Source: an uncultured Flavobacteriales bacterium
Lineage (GTDB): Bacteria; Bacteroidota; Bacteroidia; Flavobacteriales; BACL11
Length of the DNA: 64,000 nt
Assembly (NCBI GenBank): GCA_949372805.1
Contig: CASIBH010000013.1
Span: 14,342 to 78,341 of the forward strand
Direction: 5' to 3'
Numbering within the stretch: position 1 is the first letter of the stretch; every line of letters starts with the position of its first letter. The position numbers and the translations under genes are program-made. Below, one piece after another: positions 46,391-58,050 of the stretch. A model generated the notes under the pieces. The model saw nothing but the letters and a program-made list of their open reading frames with translations, did not search any database and was not told the origin of the DNA.

Positions 46391-49141
46391 ATGAAAAAAT
46401 ATTTTTTTATATTATTAGTTTTTAGTTCTGGTTTTGTTCTAAAAGCTCAAACAACTTTAACTGGTAAAATATCTGATGCTAGCAATGGCGAGCCTTTAAT
46501 TGGTGCAACAATAATATATGGTAAGGGAATGGGGACAGCCACAGATTACGATGGTAATTACTCTTTTTTAATTCCTCAAGGAGAGAGAAAAATAGAAGTT
46601 TCTTATGTGGGATATAAGGCAATAAGTAAAATAATATTAGTTACTAAGGAATTACAAATCCTAGATTTCAAATTAAAGACAACTTTGTTAAATGAAGTAC
46701 AAGTTGTTGCTGATATTGCTATAGATCGAGAAACTCCTGTAGCTTTTTCAACAATTCCCATGAAAAAAATTAGTGAGGAATTAGCTTCGCAGGATATCCC
46801 CATGATACTTAATTCAACTCCTGGAGTTTATGCAACACAAACTGGAGGGGGAGATGGTGATGCTAGAATTACAATTAGAGGATTTAATCAGCGAAATGTA
46901 GCTGTAATGATTGACGGGATACCAGTTAATGATATGGAAAATGGTTGGGTATACTGGTCCAATTGGTTTGGTCTGGATGCTGTAACTTCTAATATACAAA
47001 TTCAAAGAGGTTTAGGGGCTTCAAAAATTGCTATTCCTTCAGTTGGTGGTACAATGAATATTTTAACTAAGGGAACTGGAAATAAAAAAGGAGGAACTAT
47101 TAAGCAATCTATAGGTTCATTTGGTAAGTTAAGGACTTCTTTAGGCTATAATTCTGGAAAATTAAATAACGGATGGGGATATACTTTAGCCAGTTCTTAT
47201 AAGAATGGTAATGGCTATGTTGATGAAACCTGGAGTGAGGGTTTTTTCTATTATGCTAAAATTCAGAAAGAATTAGGTAATCATGTTTTAAGCTTTTCAG
47301 TAATGGGAGCTCCTCAAAAGCATGGTCAGAGAGCATATAAAAGTGATATAGCGACTTACGATACTACTCTTGCTCGTTCATTAGGAGATAGTTCTGATTT
47401 CTCTAATAGAATTGTAAATAGAGGTTCTAGCTATAACAAGTATTGGGGTAATTTAGATAGATGGACTCTAGATGCCAATGGAGATACTGTTCATGCTAAA
47501 GAAGTTCTCAATACAAGAATGAATTATTATCATAAACCACAATTTTCATTAAGAGATTTTTGGACTATTAATGATAATTTTTATATTTCGAATATTCTTT
47601 ATTCTTCTTTAGGAAATGGAGGTGGTACAAGAACTGAAAATATTGGACAAGTTGATGGGCAAGTTGATTTACAAACTACATATAATGCAAATGTAGGGGC
47701 AGGTCCTTTTGGCCCAATTATTGATAGTGAATTTTCTGATACAGAGTATAAAACAGGTAGCTATTTAAAGTCTTCAATAAATAATCATTTTTGGTATGGT
47801 GGTTTATCTACTTTAAATTATCTCTTAAATGAAGAGGTATCCATTTCAGGGGGTGTTGATCTAAGATACTATAAAGGTCAGCACTATAGTGAGGTGTACG
47901 ACCTACTTGGGGCAGACTATACTATTTCAACTGATAATCAAAATCAATCTTCATCAGTTAAAAGAGTAGGCGATATCATTGATTATCATAATGATGGTAT
48001 TGTAAAATGGAGTGGTCTATTTTCTCAAGCAGAGTATAGTAATGGAATGTTAAGTGCATTTTTAAATATTTCAGGCTCTAATTCAGCGTATAAACGTATT
48101 GATTATTTTCGTAAAAAAGATTTGATTTTATCTGACACTACAATCCTAGAGGCTTTAGGAAATACAGATACGTTAACTTACAATGGTAATAATTATACAT
48201 TTAACTCCTCTGAAGCACAATTTGCTACAACTAATTGGAAATGGATTAGAGGGTATACCATAAAAACTGGCGCAAACCTTAATCTAGATGAATATAATAA
48301 TGTGTTTTTCAATACAGGATATATTTCAAAAGCACCAAGATTTAGTAATATCTATACTAATAATAATACTTTACAAGAGTATATTAGAAATGAAAATGTT
48401 AAGGCAATTGAAGGGGGGTATTCATTTAGGTCTTCATTCTTTTCTTCAAACTTAAATGCATATTATACAATTTGGGAAAACAAACCTGCAAATATTTCGA
48501 AAACTATTGGAGGCATAAGATATTCTGATGTTGTACCTATGAATGCTTTGCACAAAGGAATAGAGTTGGATTGTTCTTATAAAATTAATAAGAAAATAGG
48601 AGTTGAAGGATTGCTTTCCTTAGGTGATTGGACCTGGACTTCTGGTGGAGAGGCAATCATATTAGATAATTCTAATAATTCGCCTTCTTATGAGCTAGGC
48701 AATACTGATTTCGACACCCTTGTCTATAATGCAAATGGTGTTCATGTTGGAGATGCTGCACAGACACAATATGGATTAAGTTTAAGGTACGAACCAACTT
48801 TTAATTCATATATCAAATTAAGAGGGACGTATTTTTCAGACTACTATTCTGATTTTGATGCATCAACATTAAATGGTGAAAATTCAGGCAGAGAAAGCTG
48901 GGTTATTCCTGCATACCAATTAATAGATTTGCACTGTGGGTATAAATTTAAACTTTCCAATAATCATAATTTAGATATTAAATTGAGCGTACTTAATTTA
49001 CTTGACAAGATATATATATCAGATGCAAATAATAATGATGGATATGCGACAAATCCAAGCTATGATTTTGATGCTAAATCTGCTAGTGTCTTTTTTGGCT
49101 TAGGAAGGAGAATGAGTTTGTCATTAAGACTAAGATTTTAA
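46391..49141 (+). CDS. TonB-dependent outer-membrane receptor (CarboxypepD_reg-like N-domain, plug, barrel); no SusD partner
   Basis: Signal peptide, then TLTGKISDASNGEPLIGATI...VSYVGY (carboxypeptidase-regulatory-like domain) and plug motifs (ITIRGF, VMIDGIPVND). The beta-barrel terminus is ...LSLRLRF. Confidence 0.9.
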   Translation: MKKYFFILLVFSSGFVLKAQTTLTGKISDASNGEPLIGATIIYGKGMGTATDYDGNYSFLIPQGERKIEVSYVGYKAISKIILVTKELQILDFKLKTTLLNEVQVVADIAIDRETPVAFSTIPMKKISEELASQDIPMILNSTPGVYATQTGGGDGDARITIRGFNQRNVAVMIDGIPVNDMENGWVYWSNWFGLDAVTSNIQIQRGLGASKIAIPSVGGTMNILTKGTGNKKGGTIKQSIGSFGKLRTSLGYNSGKLNNGWGYTLASSYKNGNGYVDETWSEGFFYYAKIQKELGNHVLSFSVMGAPQKHGQRAYKSDIATYDTTLARSLGDSSDFSNRIVNRGSSYNKYWGNLDRWTLDANGDTVHAKEVLNTRMNYYHKPQFSLRDFWTINDNFYISNILYSSLGNGGGTRTENIGQVDGQVDLQTTYNANVGAGPFGPIIDSEFSDTEYKTGSYLKSSINNHFWYGGLSTLNYLLNEEVSISGGVDLRYYKGQHYSEVYDLLGADYTISTDNQNQSSSVKRVGDIIDYHNDGIVKWSGLFSQAEYSNGMLSAFLNISGSNSAYKRIDYFRKKDLILSDTTILEALGNTDTLTYNGNNYTFNSSEAQFATTNWKWIRGYTIKTGANLNLDEYNNVFFNTGYISKAPRFSNIYTNNNTLQEYIRNENVKAIEGGYSFRSSFFSSNLNAYYTIWENKPANISKTIGGIRYSDVVPMNALHKGIELDCSYKINKKIGVEGLLSLGDWTWTSGGEAIILDNSNNSPSYELGNTDFDTLVYNANGVHVGDAAQTQYGLSLRYEPTFNSYIKLRGTYFSDYYSDFDASTLNGENSGRESWVIPAYQLIDLHCGYKFKLSNNHNLDIKLSVLNLLDKIYISDANNNDGYATNPSYDFDAKSASVFFGLGRRMSLSLRLRF

Positions 49142-49158
49142 TAAAAAAAATAAAATAA

Positions 49159-51300
49159 ATGAAAAAAATAATATTTGTAGCCTTACTCGCCTTTTCAACA
49201 ATGTCTGTCTATTCACAAGCTACCTTACCTTCCGCGTGGAGTTTCTCCAATGTTAATCTTCCTGCTGGCTGGACTGAATCAGGAACTAATTTTTATACTG
49301 CCTCAGGAAATACACCTCCGGCTATGAAATTTGATGGTACGGGTGATTATTTAATTATTAATATTAATAGTAACCCTGGGGATTTAACTTATTATCTTAC
49401 AGGAAATGGTTTTTCTGGTGGAACTTTTACTGTAGAAGAATCAGATTTTGGAAATGTTTGGTCAACTTTAAATACGCATAATTCACCTCCAAATGCAAGC
49501 TATACAATGTTTACAGATGTTCCACAATCTTCAACTCGATTTATTCGATTTATATATACAAATAAAGTTTCTGGTAATATTGGATTAGATGATGTAAGTA
49601 TTGATATTGGAGCGGCTACTCCAATTCAGGAAATTAATGTAATGCAGTCAGGAAACCCTTTGGTTTCAGGAAGCACTTATATTACTAACTCGCCAGTATC
49701 TACGCTTAACTCTGCAACATTCCTTATTGAAAATCTTGGCACTTTAGATACACTGAATATTACTTCTGCTACAATTTCTGGAGTAAATTCATCTGATTTT
49801 TCTGTGGTTTCTTTTCCAGCAAATGTTATTGCTAATGATTCAGATAGCTTAATATTAAACTTTACTCCTTCATCTTCTGGCACAAGAATAGCAGTTTTAA
49901 ATATTGCCAGTAATGATCTTGATGAGCCTAATTATATTATAAATTTATATGGAATTGGAGGAAATTTAGCCTCAGAGCCAATTCAGCAAGCTTCAAATTT
50001 TGTTTTCACAAATCTTAAAACATTTACTTTTAATACTTCATTTAATGCTACTGATTCAGTTGATGGATATCTCGTTTTAAGAAAAAAAGGTTCAGCACCT
50101 ACTGCATTTCCTTTAGATGGAACTATCTATCAAAGAGGTGATATTATTGGAGATGCTCAAGTAGTCTACAGTAGTAACGTAACAACTGTAACCCCTAATA
50201 ATATTGTAGCAGGTACAGATTATTATTTTGCTGTTTTTAGTTATAATGGCCCAAGTAATTTTAGAAATTATCTTATAAATACTCCGTTATCTGCAAATAT
50301 TACTACACCTAATTCAATGCTATCATCTAGCTTCTACAGTAATTTAAGTACTTCATCTTCTTCTTTTATGAATGATTTACATGCTTTAACTAATCCTCAT
50401 CAAACTCAATACTATAGTTATTATGATGATCTCATGATTGCTTTTTTTGAATCTAGAGATACAACATTAGACAGAAGAGTTGTTACTTGCGTATATAGTG
50501 GTGAAAATAAGATTTATAATGAACCTTTTGATTTTTCTGCAACTGGCTATAGCCGTGAGCATACTTATTGTCATAGCTGGATGCCAACTAATCCTGCACA
50601 AAATCTTCCTGAATATAGTGACTTTCATCATCTTTTCCCATCTAATTTAAATTCTGCAAATATTCTACGTAGTAATAATCCTTTAGGTGAAGTTACTAAT
50701 GTGACATCTTCTTTTTTAGGTTGTAAATCTGGAACCAATAATAACGGTCAAGTTGTTTTTGAACCAAGAGATGAACATAAAGGTGATGCCGCAAGAGCTA
50801 TTATGTATGAGGCAATTTGTTATAACTCAATTAATGGAAATAGTTGGGCTTTACCTAGCTATCAAGATCAAATGATTTTGAAAAACTGGCATTTTCAAGA
50901 TCCTCCAGATAATTGGGAAATTGCAAGAAATGACTTTATCGATTCTATTCAAAATAATAGAAATCCGTTTGTTGATAGTATGAACTACGTATGCTTTATT
51001 GACTTTTCTAATATGTCGTATGATCCTTCTGCTTGTATTCCTTCATCAAATCAAGAGTTGTTAAATCTAGGTTTTGTTACTTATCCAAATCCATGTATTG
51101 ATCAATTAAATATTTATGTTGATGCTACAACTATATCATCATATCAAATAATAGATAATTTAGGCAATATTGTTTTAAGTAATGATGTCAATAATAAAAA
51201 AACAGTAAAAGTGAACACTTCAAAACTTTCTAGTGGATTATACTCTGTCAATGTTGTAACTCCAATTGGTAAAGTTCAGAAAAATATTATTATCCAGTAA
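49159..51300 (+). CDS. multidomain secreted endonuclease I (Vvn/EndA family) with T9SS C-terminal sorting domain
   Basis: Endonuclease I motifs REHTYCHSWMP, DFHHLFPSNLNSANILRSNNPLGEV and EPRDEHKGDAARAIMYE. They are preceded by beta-sandwich modules (a choice-of-anchor-D-like stretch and an FN3-like stretch) and followed by YPNPCIDQLNIYV ... KNIIIQ. Confidence 0.8.
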   Translation: MKKIIFVALLAFSTMSVYSQATLPSAWSFSNVNLPAGWTESGTNFYTASGNTPPAMKFDGTGDYLIININSNPGDLTYYLTGNGFSGGTFTVEESDFGNVWSTLNTHNSPPNASYTMFTDVPQSSTRFIRFIYTNKVSGNIGLDDVSIDIGAATPIQEINVMQSGNPLVSGSTYITNSPVSTLNSATFLIENLGTLDTLNITSATISGVNSSDFSVVSFPANVIANDSDSLILNFTPSSSGTRIAVLNIASNDLDEPNYIINLYGIGGNLASEPIQQASNFVFTNLKTFTFNTSFNATDSVDGYLVLRKKGSAPTAFPLDGTIYQRGDIIGDAQVVYSSNVTTVTPNNIVAGTDYYFAVFSYNGPSNFRNYLINTPLSANITTPNSMLSSSFYSNLSTSSSSFMNDLHALTNPHQTQYYSYYDDLMIAFFESRDTTLDRRVVTCVYSGENKIYNEPFDFSATGYSREHTYCHSWMPTNPAQNLPEYSDFHHLFPSNLNSANILRSNNPLGEVTNVTSSFLGCKSGTNNNGQVVFEPRDEHKGDAARAIMYEAICYNSINGNSWALPSYQDQMILKNWHFQDPPDNWEIARNDFIDSIQNNRNPFVDSMNYVCFIDFSNMSYDPSACIPSSNQELLNLGFVTYPNPCIDQLNIYVDATTISSYQIIDNLGNIVLSNDVNNKKTVKVNTSKLSSGLYSVNVVTPIGKVQKNIIIQ

Positions 51301-51332
51301 ACTTATTCATTACATAAATTGGTAGTAAATAT

Positions 51333-52973
51333 TTATGCCTTTTTAAATATTTTTTCAACTTTCTGTGCAAAATACATTAGGTAAAGAAAGCAAAATACTG
51401 TTACCCAATAAGATTCATGTATACCGATGATATCAGCAAGTTTTCCTTGAATTGGAGGTATAATTGCTCCTCCAAGAATCATCATAACTAAAAAAGCAGA
51501 GCCTTGAGAAGTATATTTTCCCAATCCTTTTATACTTAATGAAAATATAGAAGGCCACATTATAGAGCAAAATAATCCTCCACTTAGAAATGCGAAAATT
51601 GCAACTGTTCCTGTTGTAAATAATCCAACAAGCATTGCTAGAACTCCTAAAAGACCAAATGTTTTTAGTGTTAGTGCTGGCTTGTCTTTGCCAATAAAAA
51701 ATCCTCCAATTTGTATTGCAACACAAATTGCAAAAGCAAAAAGATGTTTCACTTCAAAGCCAGAAATAGCATTAACAGATAAAACAACCCCAAAAGCTAT
51801 ATATGGCACCAATATATAAAGCCATTTTTTTAAAGAAACAGATGGATTAAAAACAGTAATTGCTCCTGTCCATCTTCCAATCATAAGCCCTCCCCAATAC
51901 ATGGATATATATGGAGCAATTTCAGTATCGTTTAATGCTCCAAAAGCTGTAGTTTTTAATAGCTCACCAAGATTACTTTGAATAGAAACTTCTACTCCAA
52001 CATATGTAAAAATTGCTAACATCCCAAGTACAAGTTGTGGGTATTGCATAGCACCCCAACCCTCAGACTTTTTCTTTGCTAAAAAGTTAGAAAATAACAA
52101 TCCCCCAACAACAACAAATAGTCCTAGCAGTGATAGATTTAGTATCATTGAATCAGATGCTTCACTTAAAGATTGACCATCTTCTAGACCAACGTACTGA
52201 TTAAATACTTGATAGAAAATTAAAATCAATAGTATTGTAATTGAGATAAGTGATGTCATAGCTTTTGAAGCACCAAGAAAGCTTGAGTCTTCTTTTCCTT
52301 CAGGAAGTTTCTTTGAGAAATGAAATAGTGCTGCTGCTGCAATAAATAATATACCAACAGCTATATATAAATATTGGACAACTGTAAGAGTTATATTTTT
52401 TTCAGAAATTTCTTTTACTAAATCAATTTCTGCACTTGCAGCTGTTCCGAATAATGCTAAAGAGACAACAATTGGTCCAATAGCTGTACCGAAAGAATTA
52501 ACTCCCCCTGCTAAATTTAATCTATGTGATCCTTTTGATGGTTCCCCTAGTGAAATAGCAAATGGGTTGGCAGCTGTTTGTTGTAGAGAAAAGCCAAGCC
52601 CAACGATAAAAAGAGCTCCTAAAATATATGTAAAAGCAGAAGAATCTCCAGGGCTAGCTCCATTTACTGCTAAAACCATAGCGCCTGCACCAACTGCAGA
52701 CAGCATTAACCCTTTAACTATACTACTTTTAAATCCCCAAGAGTTCATGATATCAGTATTCCTAACACTAGAAAATATAAAAAGCATTAAAGCTCCAATA
52801 TAATAAGCTCCGTAAAATGCAAAATCAATTAATTGGCTTTGAAATTGATCCAGACTAAAATAGGTCTTACAAAAAGGAATGAAAACACCATTACTTGCCG
52901 CTATAAAACCCCAAAAAAAGAATACTGTAACTAAAGTAAGTAGTGCTTGTTTATAATTTTTATTATCGCTCAT
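51333..52973 (-). CDS. sugar MFS transporter (FucP/GluP/NagP-like)
   Basis: 546 aa with about 12 helices. The N-terminal region [19 protein letters not shown] and the [13 protein letters not shown] motif resemble glucose/galactose/fucose:H+ symporters. Confidence 0.75.
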   Translation of the reverse strand: MSDNKNYKQALLTLVTVFFFWGFIAASNGVFIPFCKTYFSLDQFQSQLIDFAFYGAYYIGALMLFIFSSVRNTDIMNSWGFKSSIVKGLMLSAVGAGAMVLAVNGASPGDSSAFTYILGALFIVGLGFSLQQTAANPFAISLGEPSKGSHRLNLAGGVNSFGTAIGPIVVSLALFGTAASAEIDLVKEISEKNITLTVVQYLYIAVGILFIAAAALFHFSKKLPEGKEDSSFLGASKAMTSLISITILLILIFYQVFNQYVGLEDGQSLSEASDSMILNLSLLGLFVVVGGLLFSNFLAKKKSEGWGAMQYPQLVLGMLAIFTYVGVEVSIQSNLGELLKTTAFGALNDTEIAPYISMYWGGLMIGRWTGAITVFNPSVSLKKWLYILVPYIAFGVVLSVNAISGFEVKHLFAFAICVAIQIGGFFIGKDKPALTLKTFGLLGVLAMLVGLFTTGTVAIFAFLSGGLFCSIMWPSIFSLSIKGLGKYTSQGSAFLVMMILGGAIIPPIQGKLADIIGIHESYWVTVFCFLYLMYFAQKVEKIFKKA

Positions 52974-52978
52974 TTTTT

Positions 52979-55873
52979 TTATTTAATTGTTAATTCATCA
53001 ACAAATAACCATGTTTTTCCTCCAGCACCAAGATGCCATTCTGGACATGTTCCATAGTTTTCTGCTGATATCTTTATATATCTTGCAGTATTTTTTTTAA
53101 ATTCTAGATGAAACTCTTCTTGAAAACTACCTTCTATTGTATCAGGAAAAATACTTTTTATTTCACCCAAATAATTATATTTCTCACCATCTGTAGAAGT
53201 CCAATATTTAACAGTCTTTGGATAAAAAATCCATGATCGAATATCTTGATGACATCCCAAAGATATAGATTTAATTTCTTTAATTTTATTTAGATCAACT
53301 ACAAGTTCTAAATTTTCTCTATATCCCTGCCAATTTCCTGTTCGATAATTTGAACCTCCTCTTAGTTGATCAATTAACGTTTTATTACCTGCAGCTGCAT
53401 ATTGATTAGCATAATTACTATTAATTGTGATGCTTTTGCTATTGTCAATTTTAAAATATTTACTTGAAACGTTTTTACTCTTTTTATTATTTTTAAAGGA
53501 ATAAGCATGAATTTCTGCATCTTTTTGTAAAAGAATTGGATCAATATATTCTTTAAACTTAGATTCGTTGATTGAGAAGAATATTTTTGCACTATCAACT
53601 GTTGAAAGAGAAATTGAAATATCTTTAGCAAAAGTTTGACTCTCAGCAATAAAAAATGGCACAGGAACAATAATATTTTTTTCTATTTTAGAAATAGGTA
53701 TTTCATTTTCGCCCCAATCACTTGGATTATTGCCCATTTCAAATATTATTTTCCCTCCATCTATAATAGATTTATGATTTAAATAGCTTGAGTTAAATGC
53801 TTCTCCGTTTAATGAGGCGCTTTGAATGTAAATATTATTATCACTTAGATTTAAAGCAGTTATTTCAAATTTATTCCCATTCTCTAAATTAATTATTGCG
53901 TTATTAAAAAATGGAGTTCCAATTGTATAATAATCAAGACCTGGAGTGACAGGGTAAAAACCTAAACTACTCAAAACATACCATGATGACATTTGACCAC
54001 AATCTTCATTTCCAGATAATCCATCGGGAAGATTAGAATATTGTTCATTCATTATTTTTGCAGCATATTTTTGAGTTTTTGAAGCTTTTCCTATATAGTT
54101 ATATAAATAAGCCATATGATGACTAGGTTCATTTCCGTGAGCATATTGGCCAATTAAGCCAGTAACATCTGGCTGATGTCTTCCTGAAGTTGTACTTTCA
54201 GCTTCAAACATTCTATCAAGATGTTTTTCATACAACTTATTGCCACCTTTTAAAATAATATGCCCTGTAATATCTTGAGGTACAAAAAGTGAATATTGCC
54301 ATGCATTTGCTTCAGTGTAATTAAAGTTAACCTCTTCTGGTTTAAATGGTCCAAACCATGAGTATTCATTTTTACCTCTAAAAAAACCAGTTTTTGGATC
54401 ATATAAGTTTTTATAGTATTGTGCTCTCTCATAGAATCTTTTCGCGATCTTCTCTTCTCCAAGAGAATCCGCCATTATTGCAATACACCAATCGTCATAT
54501 GCATATTCTAAATTTTTTGAAACTGATTCAGGTTCATCGCTTGCTTTAATATATCCATTTTCTTTATATGCTTTTAGGCCATGAGTATTACTTTCTGCTG
54601 ATTTCACCATTGCTTCAAGTGCTAGCTTTACATCATAATCTCTAATTCCTTTCATATATGCATCTACTATTACTGGAATTGCATGATAACCGATCATGCA
54701 ATCTGTATAATTTGCGGCTAACTCCCAGATTGGCAGCTTTCCTCCATCTTTATATTGCCTTAGAAGTGTTCTTATAAATTGATTTGTCCTTTCAGTTTCT
54801 AAAATTGTAAATAGTGGGTGAGTTGCTCTAAAGGTATCCCACAAAGAAAATACTGTATAATGTTTATCTGAAGAATTATGTTTTTTAAAATCCATTCCGA
54901 GATAATTGCCGTTTATATCGTTATAAGTATTTGGAGCAAGAAATGAATGATAAAGAGCTGAATAGAATATTTCCTTTTTTTCGTCTGACTGTGTAGTAAT
55001 TTCTACCTTTTTTAGTTGATTATTCCAAGTCTTTTGCGCATTATCTTTACACTCAACAAAACTTAAGTCGCTTATTTCTTGTAAATTTTCTAAAGCTCCT
55101 ATACTATCTACAGCTGAGATAGCAATTTTTGTTATTAATGGTTGGTCTATTTTTCCAAAGCTAAGTCCTAAAATATTTTTATCATCATTAAGAATAAATT
55201 TTTTGAAAGGTTGAGAAAATTTTATTATAAAATGAATTCTTTGATCTCTTGCCCACTCGCTAGAAAATCTAAAACCTGAGATTGTTAAACTATCAATAAT
55301 ATTTATCTTATATTTTAATAGTTTGTCTCTATGTTGTAGATCTAAAATAATATTTGCTGAATCATTTGAGTTAAATGTATACTTATGTATTCCACTTCTA
55401 AGAGCTGTTGTCAACTCAACATTAATATTGTAATCCTGTAATAATACTTGGTAATAGCCTGGGCTAGATGTTTCATTTAAGTGTGAAAATTTTGAACTAT
55501 AGCCTAATTGATTAATTGTATTTTTATTTGAGTTTTTAGATTCTTTGACTCCATTAGTTAACTTTATTTTTCCACTTGTAGGCATTAATAGAATGTCTCC
55601 ATAATCTGATATTCCGGTTCCGCTTAAGTGTGTGTGTGAGAAACCATAAATAATAGAGTCAGAAAAATGATAACCTCCACATCCGTCCCAGCCTTCAAGT
55701 CTAGTGTCTGGACTTAGTTGCATCATTCCAAATGGAAGTGTAGCCCCAGGGTAGGTATGTCCATGACCGCCTGTACCTATAAAAGTATTTACATAATCTA
55801 TGGGTTCTTTTTTAATATTATCACATGCACAAGTGATAATAGCTATTAAAATTAGTAAATTTAATTTTTTCAT
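52979..55873 (-). CDS. GH92 alpha-mannosidase lipoprotein with C-terminal discoidin-like domain
   Basis: [30 protein letters not shown] is the GH92 N-terminal signature. Lipobox ITCAC. The last ~165 aa are homologous to the GH20 C-terminus. Confidence 0.9.
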   Translation of the reverse strand: MKKLNLLILIAIITCACDNIKKEPIDYVNTFIGTGGHGHTYPGATLPFGMMQLSPDTRLEGWDGCGGYHFSDSIIYGFSHTHLSGTGISDYGDILLMPTSGKIKLTNGVKESKNSNKNTINQLGYSSKFSHLNETSSPGYYQVLLQDYNINVELTTALRSGIHKYTFNSNDSANIILDLQHRDKLLKYKINIIDSLTISGFRFSSEWARDQRIHFIIKFSQPFKKFILNDDKNILGLSFGKIDQPLITKIAISAVDSIGALENLQEISDLSFVECKDNAQKTWNNQLKKVEITTQSDEKKEIFYSALYHSFLAPNTYNDINGNYLGMDFKKHNSSDKHYTVFSLWDTFRATHPLFTILETERTNQFIRTLLRQYKDGGKLPIWELAANYTDCMIGYHAIPVIVDAYMKGIRDYDVKLALEAMVKSAESNTHGLKAYKENGYIKASDEPESVSKNLEYAYDDWCIAIMADSLGEEKIAKRFYERAQYYKNLYDPKTGFFRGKNEYSWFGPFKPEEVNFNYTEANAWQYSLFVPQDITGHIILKGGNKLYEKHLDRMFEAESTTSGRHQPDVTGLIGQYAHGNEPSHHMAYLYNYIGKASKTQKYAAKIMNEQYSNLPDGLSGNEDCGQMSSWYVLSSLGFYPVTPGLDYYTIGTPFFNNAIINLENGNKFEITALNLSDNNIYIQSASLNGEAFNSSYLNHKSIIDGGKIIFEMGNNPSDWGENEIPISKIEKNIIVPVPFFIAESQTFAKDISISLSTVDSAKIFFSINESKFKEYIDPILLQKDAEIHAYSFKNNKKSKNVSSKYFKIDNSKSITINSNYANQYAAAGNKTLIDQLRGGSNYRTGNWQGYRENLELVVDLNKIKEIKSISLGCHQDIRSWIFYPKTVKYWTSTDGEKYNYLGEIKSIFPDTIEGSFQEEFHLEFKKNTARYIKISAENYGTCPEWHLGAGGKTWLFVDELTIK

Positions 55874-58050
55874 TTTATTATTATTTCGTCAATAAATATC
55901 CAGCAATCTGATCCTGCTGCTGGATGTTTTTCTGGTAATTTTCCAAAGTTTTTTGCAATTAATTTAATAAATCTTGCACTTTGTTTTTTATTGAATTTAA
56001 ACTCTTTTTTAAACTTTCCTTCTTGCATCGGATTTGAATTAAAGTTTTTTTGATCATATATAATAAAATCTTTTCCATTACTAGAAATCATTATTTCAAT
56101 TTTCTTTGGTATTATAATCCAAGATAAGTTATACTGAAAGAATGAAGTTTTGATTTCTGAGAACTCAAGTTCTTCCTCTAAGTCTATAATTACTTCAACA
56201 TCCTTCGCAAAAAATCCTTGCCACTGACCATCTCTAAAGTTGGATAAATCCCCAAATATTCCATTAGATAGACTATTGTTTCCATTGGCTGGATAATTTT
56301 TATCATATGCAGTTAAATAATTTATCTTTTTTCCTAGTGCTAGGTGCTTATTTAATTTGATTTCTTTTGAAGCTGGATTATCTCTAATAGAATTTACTTC
56401 TTTTACATTTATTATTGCACTCTTATTTATTATAATTGGTCTTGTATACTTTTGCCAGTTATTATCATCAATTTTATATTTTAAATCCATCTTTTTATAA
56501 GATTTAAATATTTCTACGCGAAAATTATTGTTAATTATTTTAATATCATAATCAATAGGAGTTTTCTCATATCCATATTTTACTCCAAATAAATCTAACT
56601 TAGGATAGTGGTTTCTAACTCTACTTTGAAAATCTTTAAAATCTTTATTATTTTCACTCCAGAGAACTTCAGCCATAGCTAATATCCGTGGAAATACTTT
56701 TGAATCAATAGATTCTTGAGGAGCATGTTCACTCCACATATTGCATTCTCCACCAATTATATGTTTACTTTCTTTTTCTGTCAAACCTTTTGGTATTGGT
56801 TCAAAAGAATAGACTTTTTCTAGATTAATTGCCTGTAAATCATAATCAAAATAGCAATGTGATGTAGGTGACATAATTACATCGTGATTTTTTTGAGCCG
56901 CTAATATTCCACCGTCTATTCCTCTCCAAGATTGAATTGTAGCGGAAGGGGCTATTCCACCCTCAATTATTTCATCCCATCCAATTATTCTTTTTCCATT
57001 TTTTGAGATAAATTTTTCAATTCTTTTGATAAAATAAGATTGTAATTCATGCTCATCTTTTAGTTTTTCATCTCTTATCCTTTTCTGGCATTTAATACAT
57101 TCTCTCCACCTGTATTTAGGCGCTTCATCTCCTCCAATATGAATATATTGGGATGGGAAGATTTCCATAACTTCAGTAAGAACATTTTCAAGAAAAGTAT
57201 ACACACTATCATTACCTGCACAGTAAATATCCTTAAAGACACCCCAATCATTCTCAACTTCTAAGGAGTCTCCTGTACATGAAAGATATGGATATGAGGC
57301 TATAGCAGCTACAGAATGACCAGGAAGCTCAATTTCAGGTATAATCTCAATATGTTGTTTTTTTGCATATTCGATGATTTCTATTAAATCATCTTTAGAA
57401 TAAAATCCACCATATTTTTCTCCATTTTTATTTATTCTCCATGCTCCTATATCGGTTAGCTTAGGGTACTTTTCTATAGCTATTCTCCATCCTTGGTCCT
57501 CTGTTAAATGTAAATGAAGAATATTCATTTTATGAAATGCGAGTAAATCTATATAGCGTTTTATAAAATCTTTATCCATAAAATGTCTACAGCAGTCAAG
57601 TAGCATCCCTCTCCATTTAAACCTTGGAAAATCATGAATTTCTAAACATTGAATTTCTAAATTTTCAGTATTTTTTTTATAGTTGATTGGAAATAATTGC
57701 CTTAGACTTTGTATCGCGTGCATGCACCCCTTTCCATTTGAAGCTTCAATGGTAATTGTATTTTTTGAAATATTTAAATAATATTCTTCATCTTCTAGAA
57801 AAATATTCTGCTTTAATACGATATAGTTTTTACTTCCTGTTAAATCTAATGAGATTATATTTTTTAAAAAGTTTAGTTCATTAATAAACAAACTATCAAA
57901 CTTAATTCCGGTATTATTATTTAAACTAAATACCCCAGATTCTAATATCATCTTCTGAGGTTTTGGAATAATAGTTAAGTTATCACCCTTTTTTTTTTCA
58001 TTTAAACATGAACTAAAGAAAAATAAAATTAGAATGAGTAATCTGATCAT
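55870..58050 (-). CDS. GH20 beta-N-acetylhexosaminidase lipoprotein with C-terminal discoidin-like domain
   Basis: HLHLTEDQGWR and HIGGDE catalytic motifs. Lipobox FFSSC. ATGA overlap with GH92. Confidence 0.9.
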   Translation of the reverse strand: MIRLLILILFFFSSCLNEKKKGDNLTIIPKPQKMILESGVFSLNNNTGIKFDSLFINELNFLKNIISLDLTGSKNYIVLKQNIFLEDEEYYLNISKNTITIEASNGKGCMHAIQSLRQLFPINYKKNTENLEIQCLEIHDFPRFKWRGMLLDCCRHFMDKDFIKRYIDLLAFHKMNILHLHLTEDQGWRIAIEKYPKLTDIGAWRINKNGEKYGGFYSKDDLIEIIEYAKKQHIEIIPEIELPGHSVAAIASYPYLSCTGDSLEVENDWGVFKDIYCAGNDSVYTFLENVLTEVMEIFPSQYIHIGGDEAPKYRWRECIKCQKRIRDEKLKDEHELQSYFIKRIEKFISKNGKRIIGWDEIIEGGIAPSATIQSWRGIDGGILAAQKNHDVIMSPTSHCYFDYDLQAINLEKVYSFEPIPKGLTEKESKHIIGGECNMWSEHAPQESIDSKVFPRILAMAEVLWSENNKDFKDFQSRVRNHYPKLDLFGVKYGYEKTPIDYDIKIINNNFRVEIFKSYKKMDLKYKIDDNNWQKYTRPIIINKSAIINVKEVNSIRDNPASKEIKLNKHLALGKKINYLTAYDKNYPANGNNSLSNGIFGDLSNFRDGQWQGFFAKDVEVIIDLEEELEFSEIKTSFFQYNLSWIIIPKKIEIMISSNGKDFIIYDQKNFNSNPMQEGKFKKEFKFNKKQSARFIKLIAKNFGKLPEKHPAAGSDCWIFIDEIIIK

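Noticed and set aside
53374-53670. Same-strand nested ORFs in alternative frames of GH92 (53374..53670, 54250..54462), the MFS gene (51433..51726), GH20 (57075..57257), the glycosylasparaginase gene (58289..58483) and acs (43801..44013).
   Set aside because: They are out-of-frame read-throughs within well-supported genes. They have no start context, promoter box or family signal.
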